From an uncultured Acidobacteriota bacterium (lineage in GTDB: Bacteria > Acidobacteriota > Polarisedimenticolia > JACPZX01): a stretch of DNA of 64,000 bases. The notes beneath the pieces were generated by a model. The model saw only the letters and a list, made by a program, of their open reading frames with translations, did not search any database and was not told the DNA's origin. The stretch's first letter is position 1, and every line of letters begins with the position of its first letter. Shown here in pieces: positions 38,776-49,885 of this stretch. Where the stretch lies: contig CAYNUH010000011.1 in the NCBI GenBank assembly GCA_964400605.1, forward strand, positions 1,983-65,982, read 5' to 3'. Made by a program: the position numbers and the translations under genes.

Positions 38776-39252
38776 CTATTTTCGACCCGTCCCGGAGCGC
38801 TTCGCGGAGATCTTTCCGGCGGCCCGGTTCAGTGGATGCGCCCGTTCCAGGAAAGAGATCGCCGGCCGGCGCCTGATCCCCATTCTCCTCGCCTCGGAAC
38901 GCAGCCCCTCGTGCTCCGGGTCCAACGTGAGGCCCTTGATCAGGGCTCCCCACGCATCCTTCCGCTCACCCGCCATGAGATGCACACGCGCGAGGTTCAA
39001 CAAGACCTCGGGGGTGAAGAACTCGCTGGCGGCGGCTCTGCGGCAGACGGCGAGGCCCTCGCGGGTGCGGCCCAGGGCCGCGGCGAGGCAGTAGCCGTAG
39101 TAGGAAGCGTAGCGGGCGCGGCGCGCCGGGCTGGGAGCGGCTTCCTCCAGCCGCAGGCTGGATTCAAAGTAGGCCAGGGCCTCGAGATTTCTCCCCTGCG
39201 AGAGGCAGCGGAGTCCTCGGGAGAAGCTCCTCTCGGGGGCAGTGGTCCTCAT
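38776..39252 (-). CDS. Small TPR-repeat protein
   Basis: SYYGYCLA, LLNLARVHL, GLTLDPEH, MGIRRRPAISFLERAHPLN. Confidence 0.8.
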   Translation of the reverse strand: MRTTAPERSFSRGLRCLSQGRNLEALAYFESSLRLEEAAPSPARRARYASYYGYCLAAALGRTREGLAVCRRAAASEFFTPEVLLNLARVHLMAGERKDAWGALIKGLTLDPEHEGLRSEARRMGIRRRPAISFLERAHPLNRAAGKISAKRSGTGRK

Positions 39253-39350
39253 GGAGGATCCTCCAGCGCGGGGCGGCGGTTAATGTGGGGCCGCGGCCCG
39301 CGACCGGCAACCGCCGCGCGGCGCGGACGCTTCCCAGGGCTTCCGGACGT

Positions 39351-41282
39351 CTACCCGCCGCGGCGTCCTTCGCGGAGCAGGGGCTCGTTCACTTCGATGC
39401 GGGACGCCTTCTGGAGCCGCGCGATCATCGCCTGGAAGAGGGCCGACCTCTCGTCGTCCAGAAGACGGCGGCGCAGCGCCTCCCGCTCGGAAGCCTCCTC
39501 CGCGGGGGTCGCCGGGGAATGTCCTTTCACCTCGATCACGACCAGGCCGTCTTCGGAGTCGTGGGGGCCGAGCACGGCGCCGGTGGACGCGGCGAACGCG
39601 GCGGCCTTGGAGGCGTCCGTGAGGGGAGGCAGGGGCTGGATGCGACTCACCTTGGGGTAGCTCTTCACCTCCAGCTTGCGCTTCTCGCAGCGGGCCTGGA
39701 GAGAGCCCGAGCCCGCCAGGATCTCGGCGGCGACCGCCCGCGCCTTGTCGCGGGCCCGCGACCGCTTCAGATCAGTTTCCACGCCCCCCTTGACGCTCTC
39801 GAACGGCGCGGGACGTGGCTCCCGCACCTCCGCCAGCGAAAAGACGGCGAGCCCCTGCGGGACGGCCACGGGCGGCGTCACCCCTCCCGGCTTCAGCGAC
39901 AAGATCGCCTCGTCGACCTGCGGCAACCGCCCCAGCGTCCCCGCGGGCTCCCCCTTGGCGAAGAAGCCAGTGTCCGATACGGCGTAGCCGGAAGCGGCCG
40001 CGGACTTGTCAAAGGAGGACTCCTGCGAGCCGATCGCGGTGGAGAAGGCGTCCGCGGCCTTCCGGATCGCCTCCTGCGCCCTCTGCACAGCGAGGGAGCG
40101 CCGGATGTCGCCCTGGACTTCCTCGAAGGGCTGCACGCCCGCGGGGCGGCTCTCCGTGACCTTGAGGATGTGGAACCCGAAAGGCGACTTCACCACGTCG
40201 CTGACGGAACCCACGGAGAGCGAGAAAGCCGCGTCCTCGAATTCCTTGACCATGGCGCCGCGGCCGAAGAACCCCAGATCGCCGCCGTTGGTGGCCGACC
40301 CCGGATCCTCGGAGTGCTGGCGCGCCAGAGCGGCGAAATCGTCTCCGGAGCGGATGCGGGCGAGCACCTCGCCGGCCCGCGTGCGCAGCTCCGTCTCCTT
40401 CTCGGGCGCATCTCCGGGCTGGGACCTGAAGAGGATGTGGGAGGCGCGGCGCTGCTCCGGGTGCGAGTAACGGGTGCCCTTGTCCCTGTCATAGGACGCC
40501 CGGACGTCGGCTTCGGGCACGTCGATGGTCGCGGCCTTCGCCTCGCGGTCGAAGAGAACGTAGGCCGCGCGCCTCGCTTCCGGCGTCATGTACGAGGAGG
40601 CGTGTGCGTTGAAGTAGGCTTGCACTTCTGCGGCGGTCGGCGCCTTGTTGCCGGCGTACGCCGCGTCCGCGAGGAGGACGTAGTCCACGTCCACCCGCTC
40701 CACCTCGTCCCGGAACCGCTTCTCCAAGTCAGCGTCGTCCACGCGCGCGAGGCTGAAGAGGACCATGCGCAGCTTGTCCGCCGCCAGCCCCTCGCCGTGC
40801 TCCCGCTCGAACTCGGTGACCTCGAGACGGTTGGCGGCGAGGATCCTCCGGTAGAGATCGACGCCCACGAAGCGGCCCTCGCGCTGGAAGCTCGGCGAGT
40901 TGATGATCGAGTCCCGGATCTCGGCGGCGGTCACTTTCAGGCCCGACCGCTCGGCCTCGCGCTGCGCCAAGTGCTGGCCCAGAATCGACCCCAGCGCCTG
41001 CTGATCGATGAAGGCGCCCATGCGCTCCGCGTCGAACGCCTCGGCTCCGAACCGCTCGCGGAGGTCGTTCTCGACCGTGGCGCGCTGGCGCTGGAACACG
41101 CGGGTGGGGATGCGCTTGCCGTCCACGCTGGCGATCCACGCGGGCTGCCCTTGAACGCTGGAGGTGAGGGCGCCCCCCCAGATCCCGTAGATCGTGAAGG
41201 CGAAGCTGGCCGCCACGGAGACGACCACGACACTGAGGATGACGCGGACGTACCCCTTCCGCCGTCGCATCACGTCGAGCAT
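39351..41282 (-). CDS. ppiD: PpiD/SurA-like membrane-anchored peptidyl-prolyl isomerase chaperone
   Basis: N-terminal TM, SurA_N region, parvulin motifs RRASHIL, FAALARQHSEDPGSATNGGDLGFF, SPFGFHILKV. Confidence 0.9.
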   Translation of the reverse strand: MLDVMRRRKGYVRVILSVVVVSVAASFAFTIYGIWGGALTSSVQGQPAWIASVDGKRIPTRVFQRQRATVENDLRERFGAEAFDAERMGAFIDQQALGSILGQHLAQREAERSGLKVTAAEIRDSIINSPSFQREGRFVGVDLYRRILAANRLEVTEFEREHGEGLAADKLRMVLFSLARVDDADLEKRFRDEVERVDVDYVLLADAAYAGNKAPTAAEVQAYFNAHASSYMTPEARRAAYVLFDREAKAATIDVPEADVRASYDRDKGTRYSHPEQRRASHILFRSQPGDAPEKETELRTRAGEVLARIRSGDDFAALARQHSEDPGSATNGGDLGFFGRGAMVKEFEDAAFSLSVGSVSDVVKSPFGFHILKVTESRPAGVQPFEEVQGDIRRSLAVQRAQEAIRKAADAFSTAIGSQESSFDKSAAASGYAVSDTGFFAKGEPAGTLGRLPQVDEAILSLKPGGVTPPVAVPQGLAVFSLAEVREPRPAPFESVKGGVETDLKRSRARDKARAVAAEILAGSGSLQARCEKRKLEVKSYPKVSRIQPLPPLTDASKAAAFAASTGAVLGPHDSEDGLVVIEVKGHSPATPAEEASEREALRRRLLDDERSALFQAMIARLQKASRIEVNEPLLREGRRGG

Positions 41283-41538
41283 TCTTCGGGCCCTCGCGGA
41301 AAGCTGGCATTGTACGGTGCCGGCCACCTCCCATCAAGCCTGCCGGATGAGTCCTGTGGCGCGGTTCGGATTGATATGCTATATTCAGCCGCTCCGCTGG
41401 GGATCCCTCCCAACCTTTTGCAAACAAAGCGTTTAACCTTGAGCCCCAGCCGCGAGGACACCTCTTCGGGTAGACTACCCGCCCGCGATCCGGCTCCATC
41501 CGGAGGCGCATGAGGCGGGCCACGGTGGCGGGACGGGC

Positions 41539-43005
41539 ATGGCGCTGAAGAGAGGAGGGGAGAGACCCGCGGTCCTCCTCGACTGGTTCAACGTCAGCTA
41601 TCGATCGATCGTCATCGGCTCGGTCACGGCCCTCGGCATCCTCCTTGTCTCCGCCGGCACGTATTACTACCGCTACGTCTACCGCACCAGCCCGCGGGTC
41701 CGTGCCTCCGCGGCCATCGGCGTGGCGGAGGATCTGCTCGAGCAGTCGGCGGCCGGAGTGCGCGACGACGAAGGCAAGACGCTCAAGCAGTCCGCCCAGC
41801 GCCTCCTGGCCGAGGCCCGGCGTCAGTTCGACGCCAGGAACTTCGAGGACTCGACCAAGGCCGCGGAGCAGTCCCAGATGAGCAGCCAGCGGATCCTCTC
41901 CATGTCGAGAGGCGAGGCCGCGCGCGCGGCCCAGTTCTACAAGATCGAAGGCGACGTCCGGGTGAAGCGGGCCCGGGAACTCATCTGGAGCCCCGCTACG
42001 AAGGGGATGACGCTGTCGGTGGGGGATCAGATCAAGACCAGCTCGCGGTCGGCGGCCCAGATCATCTACTTCAACGGCACCATCACCACCGTCACGCCCG
42101 CCTCGCTCTTGGAGATCAAGGAGCTTTACGAGAACCCCTCCACCCGCGTCCAGCAGGTGCGCGAGCGGCTTCGCGAGGGACGCATCTCCGCCACGACGCA
42201 GGAGCCGGCCACGAAGGGCTCGTTCCACGAGATCGCCACCCTGAACACGGTGGCCGTCACCGAAGAGAGGACGAGCCTGGACATGGCCTTCGACGACCAG
42301 GAAGAGAAGACCCGCCTCGAAGTGCACACCGGCCGGGCGACGGTCTCCGCCGGAGAGGGTTCGCCCCCCGTGGAGGTGGAGGCCCAGGAACGCCTCGAGG
42401 TGGACCGGGAGGCGCAGGTCTCCGAGAAGGTCAAGCTCCCGCCCGCTCCCGCGCTGACCGCGCCCATTGACCAGAAGGTCATTCCGCTGGGCGAGGAGGA
42501 GGGCACCCCGGTGCAGCTCGTCTGGCAGGAGGTGCCGGAGTCCAAGAGCTACCACCTCCAGATCTCCTCCCACTCGCTGTTCTCCGACACTCTGGTCGAT
42601 CAGACCCTCGACACCCCCATCGCGACCCTGCCGCGGGCCCGCGAAGGGAACTTCTACTGGCGGGTGGCCGCCGTCTTCGAGGACGGAGCCGAAGGCCCGA
42701 TGAGCGAAGTGCGGAAGTTCAAGATCGTGCCGGGCACCCTTTCCCTCACCGGCGACACGCAGCCGCCGCCGCTGCAGATCGACGACTTCCTCGTATTCTC
42801 CACGCAGATCATCGTAAGGGGCAAGACGGAGCCGGGCGCCCTGCTGTCGGTGAACGGCACCAAGATCGACGTCTACGACGACGGGACCTTCACGTCGGTG
42901 ATCGCTCTTCACAAGGCGGGCCGGCACACGCTGATCTTCACGTCGCAGGACGTGGCCGGCAACGCGACGCGCGTCGAGCGGGTCGCGGAAGTGGACACCT
43001 ACTGA
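41539..43005 (+). CDS. Membrane-anchored FecR-domain protein with FN3/Ig-like C-terminal domains
   Basis: TM near N-terminus; IEGDVRVKR...LSVGDQIKT FecR-like motif; YYLQIS/FYWRV-type FN3 motifs; DVAGN Ig-like tail. Confidence 0.75.
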   Translation: MALKRGGERPAVLLDWFNVSYRSIVIGSVTALGILLVSAGTYYYRYVYRTSPRVRASAAIGVAEDLLEQSAAGVRDDEGKTLKQSAQRLLAEARRQFDARNFEDSTKAAEQSQMSSQRILSMSRGEAARAAQFYKIEGDVRVKRARELIWSPATKGMTLSVGDQIKTSSRSAAQIIYFNGTITTVTPASLLEIKELYENPSTRVQQVRERLREGRISATTQEPATKGSFHEIATLNTVAVTEERTSLDMAFDDQEEKTRLEVHTGRATVSAGEGSPPVEVEAQERLEVDREAQVSEKVKLPPAPALTAPIDQKVIPLGEEEGTPVQLVWQEVPESKSYHLQISSHSLFSDTLVDQTLDTPIATLPRAREGNFYWRVAAVFEDGAEGPMSEVRKFKIVPGTLSLTGDTQPPPLQIDDFLVFSTQIIVRGKTEPGALLSVNGTKIDVYDDGTFTSVIALHKAGRHTLIFTSQDVAGNATRVERVAEVDTY

Positions 43006-43015
43006 TCGGGACTCG

Positions 43016-44401
43016 ATGCCCTCCCGCGCCGTCATCCTGGTGAACGCGGCCGCGGACGCCCGCCCCACCCGGGTCATACGCGGCGCGCTGGATCTGGCCG
43101 GGGCCGAACGGGTGGTCTCGAGGCGCCGCGACCGCGTCTCGCTCGCGGTCTGGCTGCCACGCACGCGGGCCCTCGACCGGCGCCTGCGCGCGCTGGTGCG
43201 GGCGGCCGGCCGGCCGTGCGTCTCCGTGGGATACGGCGCGGACGCCGCCGCGGGCCGGCGCTCCGCCGCCCTGGGATTCCTCGTGCACCTGGGCGGAGAG
43301 GTGAGCCCTTCTCGGGCGGAAGGCTGCGCGCTGTCGCTGGCCCGGCTCGGCGCCGGCGCCCGGAAGGCCCGCACGGAAAGGACCGCGGGGGCGCGCACGG
43401 CCCGGCGGCTGAAAATTCTCTCCGACATCACCCGCGCGGCCAACTCCGTCCTGGACCCGAAGCGGGTGATGGAGATCGTGATGGGCAAGGTGCAGTCGCT
43501 CATCCGGGCCGAGGCCTGGTCGCTGCTGCTCGTGGACGAAAAGGCGCAGAGCCTGTCGTTCGAGATGTCCCGGGGCGACAGGTCCGGTTCCATGAAGGAC
43601 TACAAGCTCAGGATCGGCCAGGGGATCGCCGGCTGGGTCGTGCGCTACCGCAGACCCGCCATCATCAACGACGTCCGGCGCGACCGGCGCTTCGACCCCG
43701 GCTTTGATATGCTGACGGGGTTCCGGACGCGTTCCATCCTGTGCGCGCCGCTCATCAGCCGGGGCCGGATCATCGGCGTCGTCGAGCTCATCAACAGGAG
43801 GCGGGGCCCCTTCACCCGGGAGGACCTCGACACGTTGAAGATCCTCGTCGAGCCCGGGGCCGTCGCCATCGAGAACGCGATCCTGTACAAGCGCTCCACG
43901 GAGCTGTCCTTCACCGACGACCTGACGAAGCTCTTCAACGCCCGCTACCTGGACCTGGCTCTGAGAAGGGAGGTCAAGAGGGCCCGCCGGTACCAGGGCT
44001 CGGTGTCGGTCATCTTCCTGGACCTGGACGGGTTCAAGAACGTCAACGACTCCCACGGCCACCTGGCGGGGTCCCGGGCGCTGGTGGAGGTGGGCGAGGT
44101 GCTCCAGGCGACCGTGCGCGAGATCGACACGGTCTCCCGCTACGGAGGCGACGAGTTCACGATCGTGCTGCCGCAGACCGACTCGGAGGGGGCCATGGTC
44201 ATCGCGGAGAGAAGCCGGCGCAGCGTGGAGGAGAAAGTCTTCCTCTCGGAGATGGGCCACTCGGTGAGGCTCACGGCCTCGTTCGGCGTGGCCTGCTACC
44301 CGGAGCACGGCCAGAGCGGGGAGGACCTGCTCCGCAAGGCCGATCAGGCCATGTACGAGGTGAAGCAAGGGGAGAAGAACGGCGTGGCGCTCGCGCGCTG
44401 A
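43016..44401 (+). CDS. GAF-GGDEF diguanylate cyclase
   Basis: GQGIAGWV, TRSILCAPL (GAF); DDLT, DLDGFK, REID I-site, RYGGDEF. Confidence 0.92.
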   Translation: MPSRAVILVNAAADARPTRVIRGALDLAGAERVVSRRRDRVSLAVWLPRTRALDRRLRALVRAAGRPCVSVGYGADAAAGRRSAALGFLVHLGGEVSPSRAEGCALSLARLGAGARKARTERTAGARTARRLKILSDITRAANSVLDPKRVMEIVMGKVQSLIRAEAWSLLLVDEKAQSLSFEMSRGDRSGSMKDYKLRIGQGIAGWVVRYRRPAIINDVRRDRRFDPGFDMLTGFRTRSILCAPLISRGRIIGVVELINRRRGPFTREDLDTLKILVEPGAVAIENAILYKRSTELSFTDDLTKLFNARYLDLALRREVKRARRYQGSVSVIFLDLDGFKNVNDSHGHLAGSRALVEVGEVLQATVREIDTVSRYGGDEFTIVLPQTDSEGAMVIAERSRRSVEEKVFLSEMGHSVRLTASFGVACYPEHGQSGEDLLRKADQAMYEVKQGEKNGVALAR

Positions 44402-44423
44402 GCGTCCCTGCCGTCACCGATGA

Positions 44424-45476
<1,053 letters not shown>

Positions 45477-45608
45477 GGTGGCCCGAATTCGTCCGCGCGG
45501 CCGCGTGCAGACGACGGCAAAGAACGCCGCGTCTGACGCGTGGCGGGCCTTCGGAGGCCCACTGATAAGGCCGGGCCCGGGCGTCCCCGGGCCCCGGCGC
45601 CGCACTCG

Positions 45609-46448
45609 ATGAAGCACACCATTCACGATCGCCGTCCGGCGATCTTGCTCGTCATTCTGATCGTGGCTCTCTTCGGCCTCATGGCGGGGCAGGTGAGGGG
45701 AGGGCCGCTCAGCAAGGTGGAGAGTGCCTTCCTGTACGGGACCTCCCCCCTCCTGCGCGGCGCGCACGCGATCACGGAGGGGTTGCGGGAGGTGTGGAGC
45801 CGCGCCGGAGGCGGTGAGAGCCCCGGGCGGATCCGCGATCTGGAAAAGCAGGTGGCCCGCCTCGAGCTGGAGAAACAGCGCTACGAGGAGCAGCGCCTCG
45901 AGAACGATCGGTTGCGGGCTCTCCTCGACCTGAAGCAGAGCCTCCCCGTGCCCACGATGGCGGCCACGGTGCTGGCCAATTCGTTCCGAGGCGCCACCAA
46001 GACCTGCATCCTCGACCGCGGTTCGCGCGCCGGGCTCAAGGCCGACATGCCCGTGGTCAACCCGCAGGGCGTGGTGGGCCGCCTCTGGTCTGTGGGACCG
46101 GGCATCTCGAAGGTCCAGCTCCTCATCGACGCCTCGGGAGGCGTGGCGGTGCTGGTCCAGCGCACGCGCGTGCAGGGGGTGCTGGTCGGGAGGGGGGATC
46201 AGCTCCTGGAACTGCGCTACATCTCCACCATCGACGACGTCCGGGCGGGCGATCTCCTGCTGACGTCGGGACAGGACCGGATCTACCCGCGGGGTCTCCC
46301 CGTGGGCGTGGTGGCGGCCGTGGAGGAGAGCGGAGGTCTGCTGAGGCGCGTGACGGCGGTGCCGCGCGTGGACTTCGACCGCCTGGAGGAAGTGCTGGTC
46401 CTCACGCGCGGCGACCTGCCGGGCGAGGCGGGTGAGATGCCGCCGTGA
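45609..46448 (+). CDS. mreC: Rod shape-determining protein MreC
   Basis: TM, coiled coil ENDRLRALL, TSGQDRIYPRGLPVG; synteny. Confidence 0.93.
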   Translation: MKHTIHDRRPAILLVILIVALFGLMAGQVRGGPLSKVESAFLYGTSPLLRGAHAITEGLREVWSRAGGGESPGRIRDLEKQVARLELEKQRYEEQRLENDRLRALLDLKQSLPVPTMAATVLANSFRGATKTCILDRGSRAGLKADMPVVNPQGVVGRLWSVGPGISKVQLLIDASGGVAVLVQRTRVQGVLVGRGDQLLELRYISTIDDVRAGDLLLTSGQDRIYPRGLPVGVVAAVEESGGLLRRVTAVPRVDFDRLEEVLVLTRGDLPGEAGEMPP

Positions 46449-46918
46449 AAGGACTGTTGCTGGGAGCGGCGGCCTTAGCCTCCGCCCTGGTGGGTCAGCT
46501 CATCCTCTCCGCCATGTGGCCGGGCAGCGTGGTGTTCTTTGATCTGCCGCTGCTGGTCGTCCTATACTACGGCTTGGACCGCGGCCCGGCGGCGGCGCTC
46601 CTGCTCGGCGCCGGAGTCGGGATTGTACAGGACAGTCTCACCGGAAGCCTCCTCGGGGCGGGAGCGACTGCTAAGAGTCTGGTCGGTTTCATCGTGGGAT
46701 CGGCCGGATTGAGGTTCCTGCTCGCGGGAATTCTTCCTCAGGTCCTGATCATTTCCTGCGGGACCCTCGCCGCCAGGCTGCTGGAGCTCTTGACCCTCGC
46801 CGTGATGGGAAGGCAACTGGTTCTCCCCCCCATCCAGGACCTCCTCGCGGGCGTCGCCGGCAACTCCCTGGTCGGCTGGGCGGTGTTCGCGCTTCTACGC
46901 AGAGAGAAGGCCTCTTGA
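46445..46918 (+). CDS. mreD: Rod shape-determining protein MreD
   Basis: Hydrophobic protein with GIVQDSLTG; synteny. Confidence 0.85.
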   Translation: MKGLLLGAAALASALVGQLILSAMWPGSVVFFDLPLLVVLYYGLDRGPAAALLLGAGVGIVQDSLTGSLLGAGATAKSLVGFIVGSAGLRFLLAGILPQVLIISCGTLAARLLELLTLAVMGRQLVLPPIQDLLAGVAGNSLVGWAVFALLRREKAS

Positions 46919-48831
46919 AGCACGACTTCCGCCACAGCAAGGACTTTCAGGAGTACGCCGAGGGGCAGACCCTCTCGCGACGGATCTCAATCCTCACGTG
47001 GATCGGCGGATCCATCCTGACGGCATACCTGCTCTTCTTCTGGTACCTGCAGGTGGTGGAATCGGAGCGATACGCCAGGCTGGCGGAGGAGAACCGCGTC
47101 CGGCGGGTGGAGGTTCCCCCACCGAGGGGAGCCATCCTGGACCGCAACGGCCAGATCCTCGTCCGCAACAGGCTGTCGTTCGGCCTCATCGTGGATCGCG
47201 AGAAGGCGGACGATCTCCCGCGCACGCTCGCGGCCCTCTCGCGGGTCCTGGGCGTCCCTCGCTCGGAGGCGGCCGCGCGGTTCAACCGGGCGGCGGCCCG
47301 CCGGCCGCGGCACGAGCCGGTCCTGCTGGCCGAGGACGTGGATTTGGGCACGGTGGCCTTCGTCGAGGCGCGGCGCGCCGATCTGCCAGGCGTCTCCATC
47401 GGCATCGAGGACAAGCGCTTCTACGAGGCGGGCGCCAGCGGGGCGCACCTCGTGGGGTACGTCGGCGAGGTGTCGGCGGGGGAGATCGCATCGGGGCGGA
47501 TCCCGGGCGCCCGGCAGGGGGACATCGTCGGGAAGGCGGGACTGGAGAGGGACTTCGACGCCGACCTGCGCGGCCGGCGCGGCTACCGGCAGGTCATCGT
47601 CAACAACGTGGGGCGGGAGGTGGGGGAACTGGCCGGAGGCACGCCGCCGCAGGCGGGGGCCAACGTGCGCTCTTCCATAGACCTCGACATGCAGCGGGCG
47701 CTCGACCTGGCGTACGGCGCCCGCGTGGGCGCGGCGGTGTTTCTCGACGCACGCACGGGAGAGATTCTCGCGCTCACCTCCCGGCCGGGATACGACCCGA
47801 ACCTCTTCGTGCGGCGGTTCAACCGCTCCGTCTGGAGGGCGCTCGTGTCCGACCCCCTCCATCCGCTGCAAAACCGGGCCGTGCAATCGGCGTACTCGCC
47901 GGGTTCCACGTTCAAGGTGATCCTGGCCGCCGCGGCGCTCCAGGAAAGGCTGATCACGCCCGCGACGACCTTCCACTGCGGCGGAAAGGAAGAGTTCTAC
48001 GGGCGCGTCTTCTCCTGCCACGAGAGCCACGGAGGCCATGGGACCGTGAACCTCCACACGGCTCTCGTGAAGTCCTGCAACATCTACTTCTACAACGTCG
48101 GCCGCCGCATGGGGATCGATCTCATCGCCGCCTACGCGCGCCGGTTCGGGCTCGGGCGCCCGACGGGGATCAGGATCGCCGTGGAGCAGGCCGGGCTGGT
48201 CCCCGACGAGGCGTGGAAGCAGCGCGTGGCGGGCGAACGGTGGTACCCGTCGGAGACGATCTCGGTGGCCATCGGGCAGGGGCCGCTGCTCGTCACGCCG
48301 ATCCAGCAGGCGGTGGTGGCGGCGGCGGTGGCGACCGACGGGCGCCTCGTCTCCCCCAGGCTGAGGCTCGATTCACCGCCGGCGCGGGCGGCGTCGCCCG
48401 CGCCGGGAGCGGGAGACAAGTCCGGGGAGCCGCTGCGCCCGGAGGTGCTTGAGGTGGTGCGGCGCGCCATGTGGGGCGTGGTCAACGAGTGGGGGACCGG
48501 ATACCGGGCCCTGATCCCGGGCTTCGACGTCTGCGGCAAGACGGGGACGGTGCAGCTGACCCAGGCGTCGGCGGGGGTGAAGAACGAGGAGGCGCTGCCC
48601 CCGGAGTTGCGTGACCATTCCTGGTTCATCGGCTTCGCGCCCCTGACACGGCCCGAGGTGGCTTTCGCGGTCTTCGTCGAGAACGGCGGGCACGGATCCG
48701 AGGCGGCGGCTCCGCTGGCGAGGGCGGTGCTCGAATCGTACTTCCGCAAGAGGCCGCGCGTGCCGCCCCGCACGCCGCCGCCGACGGAGGTGGCCCTTGG
48801 TTCTCCAGGCGCCGCGGCGCGGACGTTTTGA
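46915..48831 (+). CDS. mrdA: Penicillin-binding protein 2
   Basis: RGAILDRNG, PGSTFK (SxxK), SCN (SxN), KTGT. Confidence 0.96.
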   Translation: MKHDFRHSKDFQEYAEGQTLSRRISILTWIGGSILTAYLLFFWYLQVVESERYARLAEENRVRRVEVPPPRGAILDRNGQILVRNRLSFGLIVDREKADDLPRTLAALSRVLGVPRSEAAARFNRAAARRPRHEPVLLAEDVDLGTVAFVEARRADLPGVSIGIEDKRFYEAGASGAHLVGYVGEVSAGEIASGRIPGARQGDIVGKAGLERDFDADLRGRRGYRQVIVNNVGREVGELAGGTPPQAGANVRSSIDLDMQRALDLAYGARVGAAVFLDARTGEILALTSRPGYDPNLFVRRFNRSVWRALVSDPLHPLQNRAVQSAYSPGSTFKVILAAAALQERLITPATTFHCGGKEEFYGRVFSCHESHGGHGTVNLHTALVKSCNIYFYNVGRRMGIDLIAAYARRFGLGRPTGIRIAVEQAGLVPDEAWKQRVAGERWYPSETISVAIGQGPLLVTPIQQAVVAAAVATDGRLVSPRLRLDSPPARAASPAPGAGDKSGEPLRPEVLEVVRRAMWGVVNEWGTGYRALIPGFDVCGKTGTVQLTQASAGVKNEEALPPELRDHSWFIGFAPLTRPEVAFAVFVENGGHGSEAAAPLARAVLESYFRKRPRVPPRTPPPTEVALGSPGAAARTF

Positions 48832-49885
48832 CTGGGGCCTGCTCGTCGCCATGGCGGCACTCACCGCTTTGGGCCTGCTGATGCTCTACTCCGCCACGAT
48901 GTACGACGAGCACGAGCCTTTCTGGAAGCAGGTCTACTGGTGCCTCGCGGCCGTGGTCGTTCTCCTCGTCGCGGTGGGGCCCACCTATCACCGCTGGGCG
49001 AGCGTCTCGTTCCCCATCTACCTGGCGAGCCTGGCGTTGCTGGTGCTTGTTCTGGTGGCCGGGACCGAGGTGCGAGGGTCCAACTCGTGGATCGCCGTCG
49101 GCCCGGCGCGATTCCAGCCGGCCGAGGCGGCCAAGGTGGCGACGGCGCTCATGCTGGCCAACTTCGCGGCGGAGAGGCAGGGGTTCGGGTTGACCCTGAG
49201 GAGCGCGGCCGGCATGGGGCTCATCGTCGGCGTCCCCATCGCGCTGATCCTGCTCCAGCCGGACCTGGGGAGTACGCTTCCCTTCTTCCCGCTGCTGGCG
49301 GTGATGATCTTCCTCTGCGGGATCCGGTGGCGGGTGGTGATCGTGCTTGCGCTTCTGGCCGCCCTCGCCGTGCCCGCGGTCTGGTCGGTGTTGAAGCCCT
49401 ACCAGAAGGAGCGGATCGTTACATTCTTCGATCCGGAGCGCGATCCCAAGGGCGCCGGCTGGCAAGTCCTCCAGAGCCGCATCGCCGTGGGATCGGGAGG
49501 GCTCATGGGGAAGGGGCTCGGCCTCGGCAGCCAGGGGCAGCTCAACTTCCTGCCGGACCGGCACACCGACTTCATCTTCTCGGTCCTCGCCGAGGAGATC
49601 GGCTTCGCGGGGGCCTCCTCCGCGCTGCTGCTCTATGGCATCCTGCTTTATGGCTGTGTGGAGAGTGCCAGGGCGGCCCGGGACAGACTCGGGCTTTTCC
49701 TGTGCCTGGGAGTCGCGACCCTGGTGGGGTCGCAGGTGATAATCAACGTCGGGGTGATCCTTGGGTTGATGCCGACGGCCGGCATCCCCCTGCCCCTCAT
49801 GTCCTACGGCGGATCGTCCCTGGTCACGTCTGTCGCGGCCCTGGGCCTGGTCCTCAATGTGAGAATGAGATGCCTGGTGAACTGA
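48797..49885 (+). CDS. rodA: SEDS peptidoglycan polymerase RodA
   Basis: FQPAE, QPDLG, HTDFIF, PLMSYGGSS. Confidence 0.95.
   Translation: MVLQAPRRGRFDWGLLVAMAALTALGLLMLYSATMYDEHEPFWKQVYWCLAAVVVLLVAVGPTYHRWASVSFPIYLASLALLVLVLVAGTEVRGSNSWIAVGPARFQPAEAAKVATALMLANFAAERQGFGLTLRSAAGMGLIVGVPIALILLQPDLGSTLPFFPLLAVMIFLCGIRWRVVIVLALLAALAVPAVWSVLKPYQKERIVTFFDPERDPKGAGWQVLQSRIAVGSGGLMGKGLGLGSQGQLNFLPDRHTDFIFSVLAEEIGFAGASSALLLYGILLYGCVESARAARDRLGLFLCLGVATLVGSQVIINVGVILGLMPTAGIPLPLMSYGGSSLVTSVAALGLVLNVRMRCLVN

Noticed and set aside
38761-39252. Prophage or island at tRNA-Ala
   Set aside because: Flanking genes are host-like, with no integrase or att duplication
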